A stretch of 61,874 bases of DNA, filler included, from Candidatus Ancaeobacter aquaticus (GTDB lineage: Bacteria; Auribacterota; Ancaeobacteria; Ancaeobacterales; Ancaeobacteraceae): the NCBI GenBank assembly GCA_030765405.1. It is 5 parts of 5 records of this genome, joined end to end, with 100 filler letters (N's around TTAATTAATTAA, not from the genome) between each part and the next. Parts side by side here need not be neighbours in the genome. Positions count along the whole stretch, not along the records: positions 7,593 to 33,122 come from JAVCCP010000015.1; 4 more parts are not named here. One strand, given 5' to 3'. Shown here piece by piece: positions 20,561 through 31,215 of the stretch. Each line of letters starts with the position of its first letter. The stretch's first letter is position 1. The notes beneath the pieces were generated by a model. It did not search any database. It was given only the letters and a program-made list of their open reading frames with translations, and was not told where the DNA came from. A program made the position numbers and the translations under genes.

Positions 20561-20866
20561 ATGAAAGATACAAATAAATATAAGCGGTACCAAGAAGAGC
20601 TTGAAAAATGGTATGAATCACTGTGTATACAATGCGGCGTATGCTGCGGTGTGCATGACGGCGATCCATGTATGCATTTGCTTAAAACAGTTAATGGAAA
20701 ATATATATGTGCGACGTATGCAACGAGACTCGGTCCTCAAAAGACAGTTTCCGGCAAGACGTTTAATTGTGTGCCAATTAAGGAAGTGTTACAGCATAAA
20801 GGATATTTATCTGAGTGTGCATACAGAGATGGTTCTATAACAGGCTGCCATCAGATAAAAAAATAA
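20561..20866 (+). CDS. Small Cys-rich protein (YkgJ-like Zn/Fe binding)
   Basis: CIQCGVCCG..C.HL..C..Y..R; likely ATG 20561 (track starts at 20438). Confidence 0.6.
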   Translation: MKDTNKYKRYQEELEKWYESLCIQCGVCCGVHDGDPCMHLLKTVNGKYICATYATRLGPQKTVSGKTFNCVPIKEVLQHKGYLSECAYRDGSITGCHQIKK

Positions 20867-20904
20867 TAACAATATGATCGTAACTGCAATCGAGGGGGGA
20901 TAAA

Positions 20905-21567
20905 GTGTTTTATGATTTTTTGCTAAAAGGCGGTATTATCATGTGGCCGATACTGCTCTGTTCTATTTTTTCCGTTGCCATTATATTCGAGCGGTTATAT
21001 TTCTTTTATAAAGCTGCAAGGCAGATTGAGGTTCCCGATTTTATTTGCAAGGTAAAGGAATCTGTGAAGAAAAAGAAATATAAAGGTGCTCTGAACTTGT
21101 GTCAACATATGGCCGGACCGTTAGCCGCAATTATCTCAGTTGGTATTGGCGGGGGATATCAGAACTTTGATGAGCGGCAACGTGCAGTTTCACGTGTCGG
21201 AAGCGCTGAAGTGCGAAAATTAGAAAAAAATCTTAGCGGGCTTGCACTTATTGCAGATATAACGCCGCTCATGGGACTTTTAGGGACCATTATGGGACTC
21301 ATAAAAGCATTTATGAAAATTCAAGCGATGCAGGGGCATGTTGATGCCGGACAGCTTGCCGGTGGTATTTGGGAGGCCCTTATTACTACTGCGGCCGGAC
21401 TGATAGTTGCTATACCCACGTTGGCGGCATACCATTATTTTGAAAAACGGGTAAGTTACTATGCTTCGTTTATGAAAGAAACTGCTTCTGAGCTTCTTGA
21501 TATGTCAGGTATTGATGCAATAGAAGAAAGTGCTGTTATGGAGAGTGATGACGATGATAGAATTTGA
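20905..21567 (+). CDS. exbB: MotA/TolQ/ExbB proton channel
   Basis: TPLMGLLGT..G.I.AF, GIWEALITTAAGL.VAIP. Confidence 0.88.
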   Translation: MFYDFLLKGGIIMWPILLCSIFSVAIIFERLYFFYKAARQIEVPDFICKVKESVKKKKYKGALNLCQHMAGPLAAIISVGIGGGYQNFDERQRAVSRVGSAEVRKLEKNLSGLALIADITPLMGLLGTIMGLIKAFMKIQAMQGHVDAGQLAGGIWEALITTAAGLIVAIPTLAAYHYFEKRVSYYASFMKETASELLDMSGIDAIEESAVMESDDDDRI

Positions 21568-21961
21568 CACGCCGCGAAAAGTACGGCCGCGGGTAACGCT
21601 TGCGCCTCTCATTGATGTTGTTTTTCAGCTTTTGATATTTTTTATGCTTTCATCATATTTTGTGAGTCAGCCGGGCATTAAAATAACTTTACCGTTTGCA
21701 TCGAACGCTGATACTCAGGCGTCAGAGATCATTATATATATTACCGAAGACAGCAAGATCTTTTTAGGTGATAGAGAAGTTTCCTATGAAGACCTGTCAG
21801 GTGAACTTGATAAAGTAGCCGTGTTAAACTCTCACAAACCTGTTATATTAAAAGCTGATGAGAAAATCGATCTCGGACTGGCGGTAAAAGTAATGGATTG
21901 TGTGAAACGCTCTAATATTGAAAATGTTATTATTTCAACAAGGAACCATAATGAAAAATAG
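21548..21961 (+). CDS. exbD: ExbD/TolR biopolymer transport protein
   Basis: LAPLIDVVFQLLIFFML, VILKAD. Confidence 0.88.
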   Translation: MTMIEFDTPRKVRPRVTLAPLIDVVFQLLIFFMLSSYFVSQPGIKITLPFASNADTQASEIIIYITEDSKIFLGDREVSYEDLSGELDKVAVLNSHKPVILKADEKIDLGLAVKVMDCVKRSNIENVIISTRNHNEK

Positions 21962-22658
21962 CATATTAAAAACAACAATATTCTTTTCGTGTGCTTGTCA
22001 TGTGGTGTTTTTGGGAATTCCGGGGTATATATTTGTTTCACCGGCACCTCCTGTAATGCCAGAGGTTGTGGTGTTGATTGATACAGAAATACCTGCGCTG
22101 TTACCTGAAGTAAAAGAAATGGCGGAAGTGAAAGAACTATTTGAGCAGGAAGAAAAGAGTGTCAAAGAAGTTACTCGTGACCTCCCGGTAGAAACCGAGA
22201 TGATTGATACGGTTGAGATTTTTGAAGAAGAACCTCTCGAGCCTCTTCTTGAAGCGGTTAAAGAAGAGCTTATTATACACGAGCTAGTCCAAAATGAAAA
22301 ATCGCTTCCTGATGATCTTATTGAACAGGAAAAAGTTATCTCAGACGAAGTGCATGATGAACTGCTATTTCGATATAAAGATCTTGTGAAACGTAAAATT
22401 GAGAAAGCTAGAAGGTATCCTTACTGGGCACGTAAGAAAAAGATTGAAGGGACCGTGTATGTTCAATTCAGTATTAAAAGGGATGGATCGTATAGTGATG
22501 TTACTCTGATCAGATCTTCTGGAAAATCTATTTTGGATAGAGAAAGCACCAAAACAATTGAGAGGGTTAAAAGATTTCCTGCTATACCAGAAGGGATCCG
22601 GTTTTCATCGATTGTTATAGAAGTTCCTATCGTATTTAATTTGAGTGAAAATGAATAA
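21951..22658 (+). CDS. tonB: TonB family energy transducer
   Basis: N-terminal TM with His, acidic linker, RYP..AR...IEG.V.V.F...SSG..ILD. Confidence 0.82.
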   Translation: MKNSILKTTIFFSCACHVVFLGIPGYIFVSPAPPVMPEVVVLIDTEIPALLPEVKEMAEVKELFEQEEKSVKEVTRDLPVETEMIDTVEIFEEEPLEPLLEAVKEELIIHELVQNEKSLPDDLIEQEKVISDEVHDELLFRYKDLVKRKIEKARRYPYWARKKKIEGTVYVQFSIKRDGSYSDVTLIRSSGKSILDRESTKTIERVKRFPAIPEGIRFSSIVIEVPIVFNLSENE

Positions 22659-22675
22659 AGGATGCTGAGACGAGA

Positions 22676-23914
22676 ATGAACATGCGTATAGATAAGATAA
22701 AGTTTCTTGATACACTTCTTCACTGGGGTATCCTCCTTTTTTGCGGGGCTATACCTTTTTCAATTGCGGCATCACAGATCGGTATTATTGTTGCGCTCAT
22801 ATCGTGGGGGTTATTATCAATAATTAAGAGAAAGCTTATATGGAAAAAAAATGTTATGACCATACCGATTGTGATATTTTTGTTTACTCAATTTCTTTCC
22901 ATACTCTTTTCAATTGATGTCGGACGAAGCATCCATGAGTTTCGCAGTTATTGGCATATACTTATATTCTTTTTAGTGGTGAGTTGTTGTGATAAAGAGT
23001 TTGTTAAAAAATGCGTAATTGTATTGGTTGTGAGCACGGTGGTGGCTTCTTGTATCGGTTGCGGGCAATATATATACACCCGTTTTCTTGCGCCTGCTTT
23101 GTTAGGTCAAAAACGCATATCAGGGACAATGAGCATGTACATGACCTATTCAGGAATATTGATGATGGTGGGGATTGTTGCTCTTACCCTGTTTTTATAC
23201 GGGGAGAAAATAGCTAAAAAAAGACTACTTTTCTGCGCTGGGAGCGGCATTATAGTCTTTGCACTCATACTGTCTCTTACGCGAAGTGCATGGCTAGGGT
23301 TTGTTTGTGGAGTAATCGTTATTGGAGTTATGAAAGACAGGTTGCTTCTCCTATTGCTGGTTGGGAGTCTTGTTGCGGCCTTTATTTTCGCTCCGCAAGA
23401 TGTGCGCGAACGGGCAAAAGGCGTTTTTAAGGGTAAAAGCACGGTTATTGAAGAAGGTAAGGCAGTTAATCAAGGTGATGAAAGAATGGTTTTGTGGAAA
23501 AGCGGACTGCAAGTTATGTATCACTATCCGATTACCGGAGTTGGTCTGCTCAATTTTAGAAAAGCATATCCGCAGTTTCTTTCGTATACGCCGAAGAAAA
23601 ATTTTAATCATGCGCATAACAACTTTATACATCTTGGCGCTGAGACAGGGTTTGTCGGCCTTCTCGCATTTATTATGCTTATAGGCGTGTATCTTTGGTA
23701 TATAATGAGGAAAGTGTACCGGTTATCGATAACTGAAAAGTCCTACGGAGCAGGTGTAGCGATCGGTGTTATGGGGGCGTTTGTTGCGTTCATTATTGCA
23801 GGATTATTTGAGTATAATTTTGGTGACTCTGAGGTAGCGATGTTATTATGGTTTTTAATGGCCGCACCATTTGTTTTCTTGGGGAGTGAAACGAACAACA
23901 AGGAGGCTGCATGA
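22676..23914 (+). CDS. O-antigen ligase family protein
   Basis: Polytopic; SLTRSAWLG, HAHNNFIHLGAETGFVG. Confidence 0.85.
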   Translation: MNMRIDKIKFLDTLLHWGILLFCGAIPFSIAASQIGIIVALISWGLLSIIKRKLIWKKNVMTIPIVIFLFTQFLSILFSIDVGRSIHEFRSYWHILIFFLVVSCCDKEFVKKCVIVLVVSTVVASCIGCGQYIYTRFLAPALLGQKRISGTMSMYMTYSGILMMVGIVALTLFLYGEKIAKKRLLFCAGSGIIVFALILSLTRSAWLGFVCGVIVIGVMKDRLLLLLLVGSLVAAFIFAPQDVRERAKGVFKGKSTVIEEGKAVNQGDERMVLWKSGLQVMYHYPITGVGLLNFRKAYPQFLSYTPKKNFNHAHNNFIHLGAETGFVGLLAFIMLIGVYLWYIMRKVYRLSITEKSYGAGVAIGVMGAFVAFIIAGLFEYNFGDSEVAMLLWFLMAAPFVFLGSETNNKEAA

Positions 23915-24531
23915 TAGAGAATATTCACTGGCTTGGGCATGCATCATTTAAAATTACCGGTGAAAAAATTATATATATTGACCCGTATAAAATAAATGAT
24001 GGTGCCCAAAAAGCAGATATTATTCTTATTACGCATGATCATTATGATCATTTCTCTGCTCCAGATATGGGCAAAATACTGCAAGTTAACACCGTTGTAA
24101 TTGGACCCGGTGATGTGGTCAGAAAGAACACGACACACGATGCGCGTAAAATGGATGCGGACGATACATTGAAGGTCGGGGATATTATTATTCAAGCGGT
24201 GCCGGCATATAATATAGCGAAAAATTTCCATCCAAAAGGTCATTCCTGGAACGGGTATGTAATAACGGTAGGCGGTGTGCGTATATATCATGCAGGCGAC
24301 ACTGATTTTATCCCTGAAATGAAGGTAATTAAAGCTGATATTGCGCTTTTACCTATTGGCGGGACATATACCATGACGGCAAGAGAAGCAGCGCAAGCGG
24401 CAAATACGTTAAAACCAAAAATTGCTATACCAATGCATTATGATACGATTATAGGAACACAAAGTGATGCCAAACGGTTTAAAGAATTGTGTGAGTGTGA
24501 AGTAGTCATTTTAAAAAAAGAAGAGGGATAA
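23911..24531 (+). CDS. MBL-fold metallo-hydrolase
   Basis: WLGHASF, THDHYDH, YHAGDT, PMHY. Confidence 0.9.
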   Translation: MIENIHWLGHASFKITGEKIIYIDPYKINDGAQKADIILITHDHYDHFSAPDMGKILQVNTVVIGPGDVVRKNTTHDARKMDADDTLKVGDIIIQAVPAYNIAKNFHPKGHSWNGYVITVGGVRIYHAGDTDFIPEMKVIKADIALLPIGGTYTMTAREAAQAANTLKPKIAIPMHYDTIIGTQSDAKRFKELCECEVVILKKEEG

Positions 24532-24542
24532 TAGGGAGATAT

Positions 24543-25016
24543 ATGAGAAAAAAAAGAATAGGTATTATTGGTGCGAATCAATGTTCGCATGAAATAGGAA
24601 AAATTGCCTACGAAGTAGGAAGGCATATCGCAAAGAAAAATGCGATTCTTGTGTGCGGTGGTTTAGGCGGTGTAATGGAAGAGGCATGTAAAGGTGCTAA
24701 AAAGGAAAATGGCATGACTATCGGCATTCTTCCGGGCGGTAATCCTGATACTGCAAATCCATACGTTGATGTCCCCATTGTAACGAGTTTAAATTATGCA
24801 CGGAATATCCTCGTTGTTCGAACAAGCGAGGTTCTTATCGCTGTTGGCGGCAGGTACGGAACGTTAACTGAGATTGCATTTGCACTAAATGTGGGGCATC
24901 CCGTAGTAGGCATTAAGACATGGGATCTAAACAAAATAGACCACAATAAAGGAATTGTAATTGAAACTAATCCGGAAGCCGCTGTAGCAAAAGCTTTGTC
25001 GCTTATCAAAAAATAG
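24543..25016 (+). CDS. TIGR00725 family Rossmann-fold nucleotide-binding protein
   Basis: CGGLGGVMEEAC, GG.YGTL.EIA. Confidence 0.88.
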   Translation: MRKKRIGIIGANQCSHEIGKIAYEVGRHIAKKNAILVCGGLGGVMEEACKGAKKENGMTIGILPGGNPDTANPYVDVPIVTSLNYARNILVVRTSEVLIAVGGRYGTLTEIAFALNVGHPVVGIKTWDLNKIDHNKGIVIETNPEAAVAKALSLIKK

Positions 25017-25147
25017 TGGCGGTTAAAAATAAATAATATTGATATAATGTATTTGTATAAGACAGAGAAACACTACCTCATACAACATTCATAATGGGAT
25101 AAACTTGTTATGAAATCATTTCGTTTAAAGAAAACAGAGAGCAGTAC

Positions 25148-26869
25148 ATGAAAAACAAAGAGATTGCCATGCTCTTCAATAAAATTGCTGACATTCTCGA
25201 GTTTAAAGGCGATGTTTCATTTCGGATAAATTCTTATCGTAAAGCTGCGCATATTATTGAAGATATGGCTGAAGATATTGAAGCGTATGATGAAAGCGGG
25301 ACTCTGAAGGAGATTGAGGGGATAGGTGAGAGCCTAGCAAAAAAGATCGACGAATATATTAAAACGGGCAGGATTGCGAAGTATGAAGAAATGAAAACTG
25401 GTGTTAGTGAAGAGCTGATCGATCTTATGAAAATCTCAGGTATCGGCCAAAAAACACTTGCTCTTATACATAAAAAGTACGGGGTAAAGAATATTGATGA
25501 ATTAGAAAAAGTTGTAACGGACGGCAAAGTAAGAGATCTTTTTGGGATGGGAGATAAAAAAGCAGAAAATATTTTGAGGGGCATTAAGCTTTATCGCGCG
25601 TCACACGGAAGAATATCTTTAGGTATTGCGTTTCCCGTTATGAGGATGATAATAGATGAATTAAAGAAAAACCGCAAAGTAAAAAAGATTGATATTGCAG
25701 GAAGTCTCAGAAGAATGCAAGAAACAATAGGGGATATAGATATTCTCGTTTGCGGTAAAGAGGGCAAAGATATAGTTAATCACTTTACAACATTGCCGTG
25801 CGTGAAAGAAGTATTGTCATCAGGGTCAACGCGTGGATCTGTTGTTGTGGAAGATGGAATACAAGTAGATGTGCGTGTGGTAAGGGAAGACTCTTACGGG
25901 GCAGCTTTGCAGTATTTTACCGGTTCAAAAGAGCATAGTGTTAAACTGAGGGGGATTGCGAAAGCCCACGGGTATAAAATAAATGAATACGGTATATATA
26001 AAGGCGATAAAAAAGTAGGGGGAGCTCACGAGAGTGATATATATAGTGCGTTAGGACTGGCATATATCCCACCGGTATTACGCGAAAACAGGGGGGAAAT
26101 TGAAGCGGCATCCCGAAACATGCTGCCCTCATTGGTTCAGTCTAAAAATGTACGCGGTGACCTGCATGTTCACTCCAATTGGAGCGATGGGGAATCTTCT
26201 GTCGAAGATGTTGTTCGAGCTTCTATTGAACTGGGTTATGAATATGTTGCGATATGCGATCACTCACAATCGCTAAAAGTGGCCCATGGGTTATCGCCTG
26301 AAACGGTTTTTAGGAAATTAGATGAAATTAAAAGAGTACGAAAGAAATACAAGGACTTTGCAATTCTTTTTGGCACAGAAGTAGATATAAAAAGTGATGG
26401 GTCTATTGATTATTCCGATACTGTGTTAAAAGAATTTGATGTGGTTATTGGCGCGGTGCACACGGGATTTAAGGATAGTGAAGAGAAGTTAACTTCTCGT
26501 ATATTGTCTGCAATTAATAATAAATATGTTAATATTATTGCTCACCCTACAGGAAGACGTATTGGGTTAAGAGAACCATATCCTGTTGATCTCGATGCCA
26601 TTTTCAAAGCAGCATCCCAGAGTGGTACGTTTCTTGAGATAAATTCATTTTATGACAGGCTTGATTTATGTGACACGGCGGTAAAACGGGCAAAGGAATA
26701 CGGTGTTAAATTTGCGCTCTCAACGGATTGTCATCATGTGGACCAGTTATGGATGATGTCCTTAGGGGTGAGTGTTGCTCAACGTGGCTGGCTGACAAAG
26801 AATGATGTTGTAAACTGCTGGCCGCTACCAAAATTGCTTTCCCATTTTTCTTCAAAAAACAAAAAATAA
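25148..26869 (+). CDS. polX: DNA polymerase X with PHP domain
   Basis: GSLRR..ETIGDIDIL, LQYFTGSKEH, DLHVHS.WSDG, IIAHPTGR. Confidence 0.95.
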   Translation: MKNKEIAMLFNKIADILEFKGDVSFRINSYRKAAHIIEDMAEDIEAYDESGTLKEIEGIGESLAKKIDEYIKTGRIAKYEEMKTGVSEELIDLMKISGIGQKTLALIHKKYGVKNIDELEKVVTDGKVRDLFGMGDKKAENILRGIKLYRASHGRISLGIAFPVMRMIIDELKKNRKVKKIDIAGSLRRMQETIGDIDILVCGKEGKDIVNHFTTLPCVKEVLSSGSTRGSVVVEDGIQVDVRVVREDSYGAALQYFTGSKEHSVKLRGIAKAHGYKINEYGIYKGDKKVGGAHESDIYSALGLAYIPPVLRENRGEIEAASRNMLPSLVQSKNVRGDLHVHSNWSDGESSVEDVVRASIELGYEYVAICDHSQSLKVAHGLSPETVFRKLDEIKRVRKKYKDFAILFGTEVDIKSDGSIDYSDTVLKEFDVVIGAVHTGFKDSEEKLTSRILSAINNKYVNIIAHPTGRRIGLREPYPVDLDAIFKAASQSGTFLEINSFYDRLDLCDTAVKRAKEYGVKFALSTDCHHVDQLWMMSLGVSVAQRGWLTKNDVVNCWPLPKLLSHFSSKNKK

Positions 26870-27000
26870 CTCTTTTTTCCCATAGTGCAGGGTATATTTT
26901 TACTATTGCTAATATTTACCGTTTTGCTATACTTCAAACTGCTGTTATTGTCCTTTATGAGGGGCGGCGGCATAAATAATCTTAAAGGAGTGTTATCGTA

Positions 27001-28308
27001 ATGAAAAAGAATGAATTAGAAAAAAAGACAGTATCTCAACTGAGAAAAATCGCTGAAAAAAATAAAGTTAAAGGGTGGAGCAATCTGAATAAGTCTCAGA
27101 TTGTTAATGCTTTAACTAAGAAAAAAACAGTGACTGCATCTAAGGCGGTAAAAAAAGCAAAACCCGCATTGGCTAAGAAAAAACCGGCGCAAAGCCCTAA
27201 AGCCGTAAAAAAGGCTAAGCCCGTGTTACTCAAGAAAAAAACAGTGACTGCATCTAAGGCGGTAAAAAAAGCAAAACCTGCATTAGCTAAGAAAAAACCG
27301 GTACAGAGACCCAAAATAGTTAAAAAAGTAAAGCCTGCTTTAGCAAAAAGAAAATCAAATATTAAGATGCCCGTGAGTCGTGCATCTGCTTCAGGAACAC
27401 CCATACATACTCATGAGGAGGAACAAAAGATCGGACAGAGTAAGTATTATGTTGGTCCGAGCACTCATCACGGGAATCGTGAATCAGATTTTGTTTTTCC
27501 TGAGAGTTACGGACAAGATAAAATTGTGCTCATGGTGAGGGATCCAAATTGGATGCATGTATACTGGGAAATTACCGAGCAAAAGATATCAAGCCTAAAA
27601 TCGTCTCACGGAGACAATGCTATTGATTCTTCACGATATGTTCTTAGAGTGCTTGATATTAATAAAACAACGCCTGATGCACCAAATTCATTTTTTGACG
27701 TTGAGGTTTCTCGGGGAGCAGATAGCTGGTATATCAATGTCCCTAATCAAAATTGTTCATATTGTATAGATTTAGGTTTTCTTACATCTGAAGGGGAGTT
27801 TGTTTTGCTTGTCAGATCAAATGCTGTAAAAACGCCTAGAGTTGGTGTTTCTGAGGTGCTTGATGATCAGTGGATGTCTTTTGCGGATGCGGATTACGAC
27901 AAGATTTATGCTCTTTCCGGTGGTTTGAGCATTGGTATGAGTTCTGGTGATTTAGGTAAAGCTATGCAGGAAAAATTGGAGTCTATAGCATCTTCCGATA
28001 TGATCTCTTCTGGTGCGGTAAGCAGTTTTTCTAAAAAAGAAGAGAAAAAAAGAGGATTTTTCCTTGTTGTTGATACTGAACTCATTGTATATGGGGTAAC
28101 GGTCCCTGACGCTGAGCTTACTATTCAAGGTGTTCCTAAGAAACTCAATCCTGATGGAACTTTTAGCGCACGATTTTCTCTTCCTGATGGTAATCAAGTT
28201 ATTCCCGTCAAAGCAATCTCTTCGGATAAGATTGATGAAATAACTATTACCCCTATTGTTAAGAAAGATACAGAGTACAAGGATAATAAAAACGGTCATA
28301 AAGATTGA
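27001..28308 (+). CDS. DUF4912 domain protein with Rho-N-like N-terminus and Lys/Ala-rich repeats
   Basis: LMVRDPNWMHVYWE, SNAVKTPR, ELIVYG.T.PDA. Confidence 0.85.
   Translation: MKKNELEKKTVSQLRKIAEKNKVKGWSNLNKSQIVNALTKKKTVTASKAVKKAKPALAKKKPAQSPKAVKKAKPVLLKKKTVTASKAVKKAKPALAKKKPVQRPKIVKKVKPALAKRKSNIKMPVSRASASGTPIHTHEEEQKIGQSKYYVGPSTHHGNRESDFVFPESYGQDKIVLMVRDPNWMHVYWEITEQKISSLKSSHGDNAIDSSRYVLRVLDINKTTPDAPNSFFDVEVSRGADSWYINVPNQNCSYCIDLGFLTSEGEFVLLVRSNAVKTPRVGVSEVLDDQWMSFADADYDKIYALSGGLSIGMSSGDLGKAMQEKLESIASSDMISSGAVSSFSKKEEKKRGFFLVVDTELIVYGVTVPDAELTIQGVPKKLNPDGTFSARFSLPDGNQVIPVKAISSDKIDEITITPIVKKDTEYKDNKNGHKD
27118..27345 (+). repeat. Four in-frame 57-bp (19-aa) units, arranged A-B-A-B'
   Basis: KKKTVTASKAVKKAKPALA / KKKPAQSPKAVKKAKPVLL / KKKTVTASKAVKKAKPALA / KKKPVQRPKIVKKVKPALA. 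Confidence 0.92.
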
Positions 28309-28384
28309 TGGTCTCACGGTCTAAACATATCTCATTGATGTGGGGTGTGGTAGGCGACTGAGTTTTTTTGAGTTGGAGAGTTTA

Positions 28385-29977
28385 ATGGAAAAAGGTAAAG
28401 AAAAAGGTTATTTTTCGCTTGTTTTGCATGCGCATTTGCCGTATGTACGTCATCCTGAGCATGAACATTTTCTCGAGGAAGATTGGTTTTATGAAGCGAT
28501 AACTGAAACATATATTCCTCTTATTAATGTTTTTGATGGATTAGTGAATGATAATATTGATTTTAGAGTAACCATGTCTTTATCGCCGAGTTTGATATCA
28601 ATGTTTACTGATCCCTTACTGCAAAATAGGTATCTGAGACATATATCACGCCTCATAGAACTTGCTGAAAAGGAAGTCGAAAGAACCAAGTGGCAGCCTA
28701 AATATAATACGCTTGCCCTTATGTATAAAAATAATTTTCTGAATGCACGTTATATCTTCGAAGAAAAGTATAGGAAGAATCTCGTGAGCGCATTTAAGAA
28801 GTTTCAGGATATGGGCAAACTCGAGATTATTACGTGCGGGGCAACTCATGGATTTTTGCCGCTTAATGATATGTATCCGCAAGCAGTGAGAGCGCAAGTG
28901 CAGGTTGCCGTGAATCACTACGAAAAACATTTTGACAGAAAACCAAGGGGTATATGGCTCCCCGAATGCGGGTATTACCCTGGACATGATACATATTTAA
29001 AGGAAGCAGGCATTAAATTCTTTTTTACGGATGCCCATGGCCTATTGTTTGGGTCTCCTCGACCGCGCTACGGTGTGTTTGCGCCTTGTTACTGTCCGAC
29101 AGGAGTAGCTGCGTTTGCACGTGATTTGGAGTCAAGCAAACAGGTATGGAGCGCAGAAGAAGGCTATCCGGGAGATTATGAATACAGAGATTTTTATCGC
29201 GATGTCGGATATGATCTCGAACATGATTATGTAAAACCGTATATTAACTCAGACGGGAAGAGAAAAAATATCGGCATAAAATATTATAAGATTACCGGTC
29301 GAACAGATAAAAAGGAACCGTATAATCCATATCGCGCAATGGAAAAGGCAGCAAGTCATGCGGGGGACTTTTTATTTAATCGTGAGAAACAAGTTGAGTT
29401 TCTTAATGGGTTTCTTAAGAAGAAACCGCTTATAGTGTCTCCTTACGATGCTGAGCTCTTTGGCCATTGGTGGTATGAAGGCCCGCAATGGATTAACTTC
29501 TTGCTGAGAAAGATGGCATGTGATCAAAACACAATTCGTATGGTAACGCCTTACGAGTATTTGGAAGAAAACCCTGAAAACCAGGTTCTTACTCCTTCGA
29601 TGTCGAGCTGGGGGCATAAAGGATATAATGAAGTATGGCTTGAAGGGTCGAATGACTGGATATACCGGCATCTCCATCAGGCAATTGAGCGCATGTCTGA
29701 GATGGCTCGTTCTCGTCCCGATGCGTTCGGGATTGAAAAACGCGCGCTTAATCAGGCTTCACGAGAGCTTCTTCTCGCACAATCAAGTGACTGGGCATTT
29801 ATTATGAAGACAGGCACTATGGTCGAATATGCGGTAAAAAGAACTCGAGACCACATTGCACGCTTTACTAAGCTCTATGAGAGCATTAAAGGAAACAATA
29901 TTGATGAGGCTTGGCTGAACGATATTGAATCGAAAGACAATATTTTTCCTGATATCGATTATAGAGTATATACTTAA
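28385..29977 (+). CDS. GH57 family 1,4-alpha-glucan branching enzyme (DUF1957)
   Basis: LVLHAHLPYV, WLPEC, YDAELFGHWWYEG, QSSDWAF. Confidence 0.92.
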   Translation: MEKGKEKGYFSLVLHAHLPYVRHPEHEHFLEEDWFYEAITETYIPLINVFDGLVNDNIDFRVTMSLSPSLISMFTDPLLQNRYLRHISRLIELAEKEVERTKWQPKYNTLALMYKNNFLNARYIFEEKYRKNLVSAFKKFQDMGKLEIITCGATHGFLPLNDMYPQAVRAQVQVAVNHYEKHFDRKPRGIWLPECGYYPGHDTYLKEAGIKFFFTDAHGLLFGSPRPRYGVFAPCYCPTGVAAFARDLESSKQVWSAEEGYPGDYEYRDFYRDVGYDLEHDYVKPYINSDGKRKNIGIKYYKITGRTDKKEPYNPYRAMEKAASHAGDFLFNREKQVEFLNGFLKKKPLIVSPYDAELFGHWWYEGPQWINFLLRKMACDQNTIRMVTPYEYLEENPENQVLTPSMSSWGHKGYNEVWLEGSNDWIYRHLHQAIERMSEMARSRPDAFGIEKRALNQASRELLLAQSSDWAFIMKTGTMVEYAVKRTRDHIARFTKLYESIKGNNIDEAWLNDIESKDNIFPDIDYRVYT

Positions 29978-29981
29978 AAAC

Positions 29982-30032
29982 AAATCCTAAAATCTAAACA
30001 CGAAATCCTAAACAAATTCAAATATTCAAAAT
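29982..30032. repeat. Period-7 AAATCCT-like intergenic micro-repeat
   Basis: AAATCCT AAAATCT AAACACG AAATCCT AAACAAA TTCAAAT ATTCAAA. Confidence 0.55.
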
Positions 30033-30085
30033 TATAATACCCTTTATTTAGATAATCTTCCTCGGCCAGAAAGGCGTATGAAGCT

Positions 30086-31210
30086 ATGAAAGTTGCTTTA
30101 GTTCATGATTGGCTTAATGGAATGCGCGGGGGAGAAAAAGTTCTTGAGATACTCTGCGATATCTTTCCGGACGCGCCGATTTATACCCTTTTTTGTGATA
30201 AGGATAAGCTGTCACAAAAATTGCGTGAGCGGAAAATACACACATCAATTCTACAGAAATATCCTCTTGTAAAACGATATTATCGGTACTATTTACCGCT
30301 CTATCCCTATGCTGTTAAGCATATAGATGTTTCCGAATATGACCTTATCGTTTCTGTAAGTCATTGTATTGCAAAAGCGGTAAAGAAGAGAAGTGACGCG
30401 CTTCATATATGTTATTGCAACACTCCCATGCGGTACGTGTGGGGGTTCGCGGATCAATATTTTGGAACAGGCATAAAAAGAAAGATAATTAACTCTACGC
30501 TTAATAAACTGCAAAAATGGGATTATGCTACCTCAGGTAATGTCGATTTCTATATAGCTAATTCATATAACATAAAAAAACGTATTTACCGTTGTTATCA
30601 AAGAGAGGCTGATAAAGTTATTTATCCTCCTTGTGATACTGATTATTTTTCGCCGTCTGACGATTCAGCAGATTATTACTTATTGGTGTCGGCGCTTGTT
30701 CCCTATAAAAAAATAGATATTGCAGTGGAAGCATTTAATGTTCTTGGATATCCTTTGAAGATAATCGGAACAGGACCTGAAGAGCAGAAACTGCATAAAA
30801 AGGCTAAGTCAAATATTACGTTCCTTGGCTGGCAAAGCGATGAAGAGGTAAGAGATCATTATAGGAAATGTAAGGCTTTTATTTTTCCCGGAGAAGAAGA
30901 TTTTGGCATTGTGCCGCTTGAAGCACAGGCATGTGGACGTCCGGTTATTGCCTATGGACAAGGCGGGGTCACAGAAACTGTTATTCCTCATGAAAAAGGT
31001 TATGTTCCCCGAGATATGTCGATTAAGGGTGAGTCAACAGGAATATTATTTGAAAACCAAACGGTGAAATCATTGATTGATGCAGTCGAGCTATTTAAAC
31101 AGGTATCTAATGATTTTAATAAAGAGAACATGAGAAAACATGCTCTTTCTTTTAGCCGGCAAAGATGTATGGATGAACTGCGTTCATATATTGACGATAA
31201 AATATCATAA
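30086..31210 (+). CDS. GT4 glycosyltransferase
   Basis: VHDWL.GMRGGEKVL, EEDFGIVPLEAQACG. Confidence 0.9.
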   Translation: MKVALVHDWLNGMRGGEKVLEILCDIFPDAPIYTLFCDKDKLSQKLRERKIHTSILQKYPLVKRYYRYYLPLYPYAVKHIDVSEYDLIVSVSHCIAKAVKKRSDALHICYCNTPMRYVWGFADQYFGTGIKRKIINSTLNKLQKWDYATSGNVDFYIANSYNIKKRIYRCYQREADKVIYPPCDTDYFSPSDDSADYYLLVSALVPYKKIDIAVEAFNVLGYPLKIIGTGPEEQKLHKKAKSNITFLGWQSDEEVRDHYRKCKAFIFPGEEDFGIVPLEAQACGRPVIAYGQGGVTETVIPHEKGYVPRDMSIKGESTGILFENQTVKSLIDAVELFKQVSNDFNKENMRKHALSFSRQRCMDELRSYIDDKIS

Positions 31211-31215
31211 GCAGG

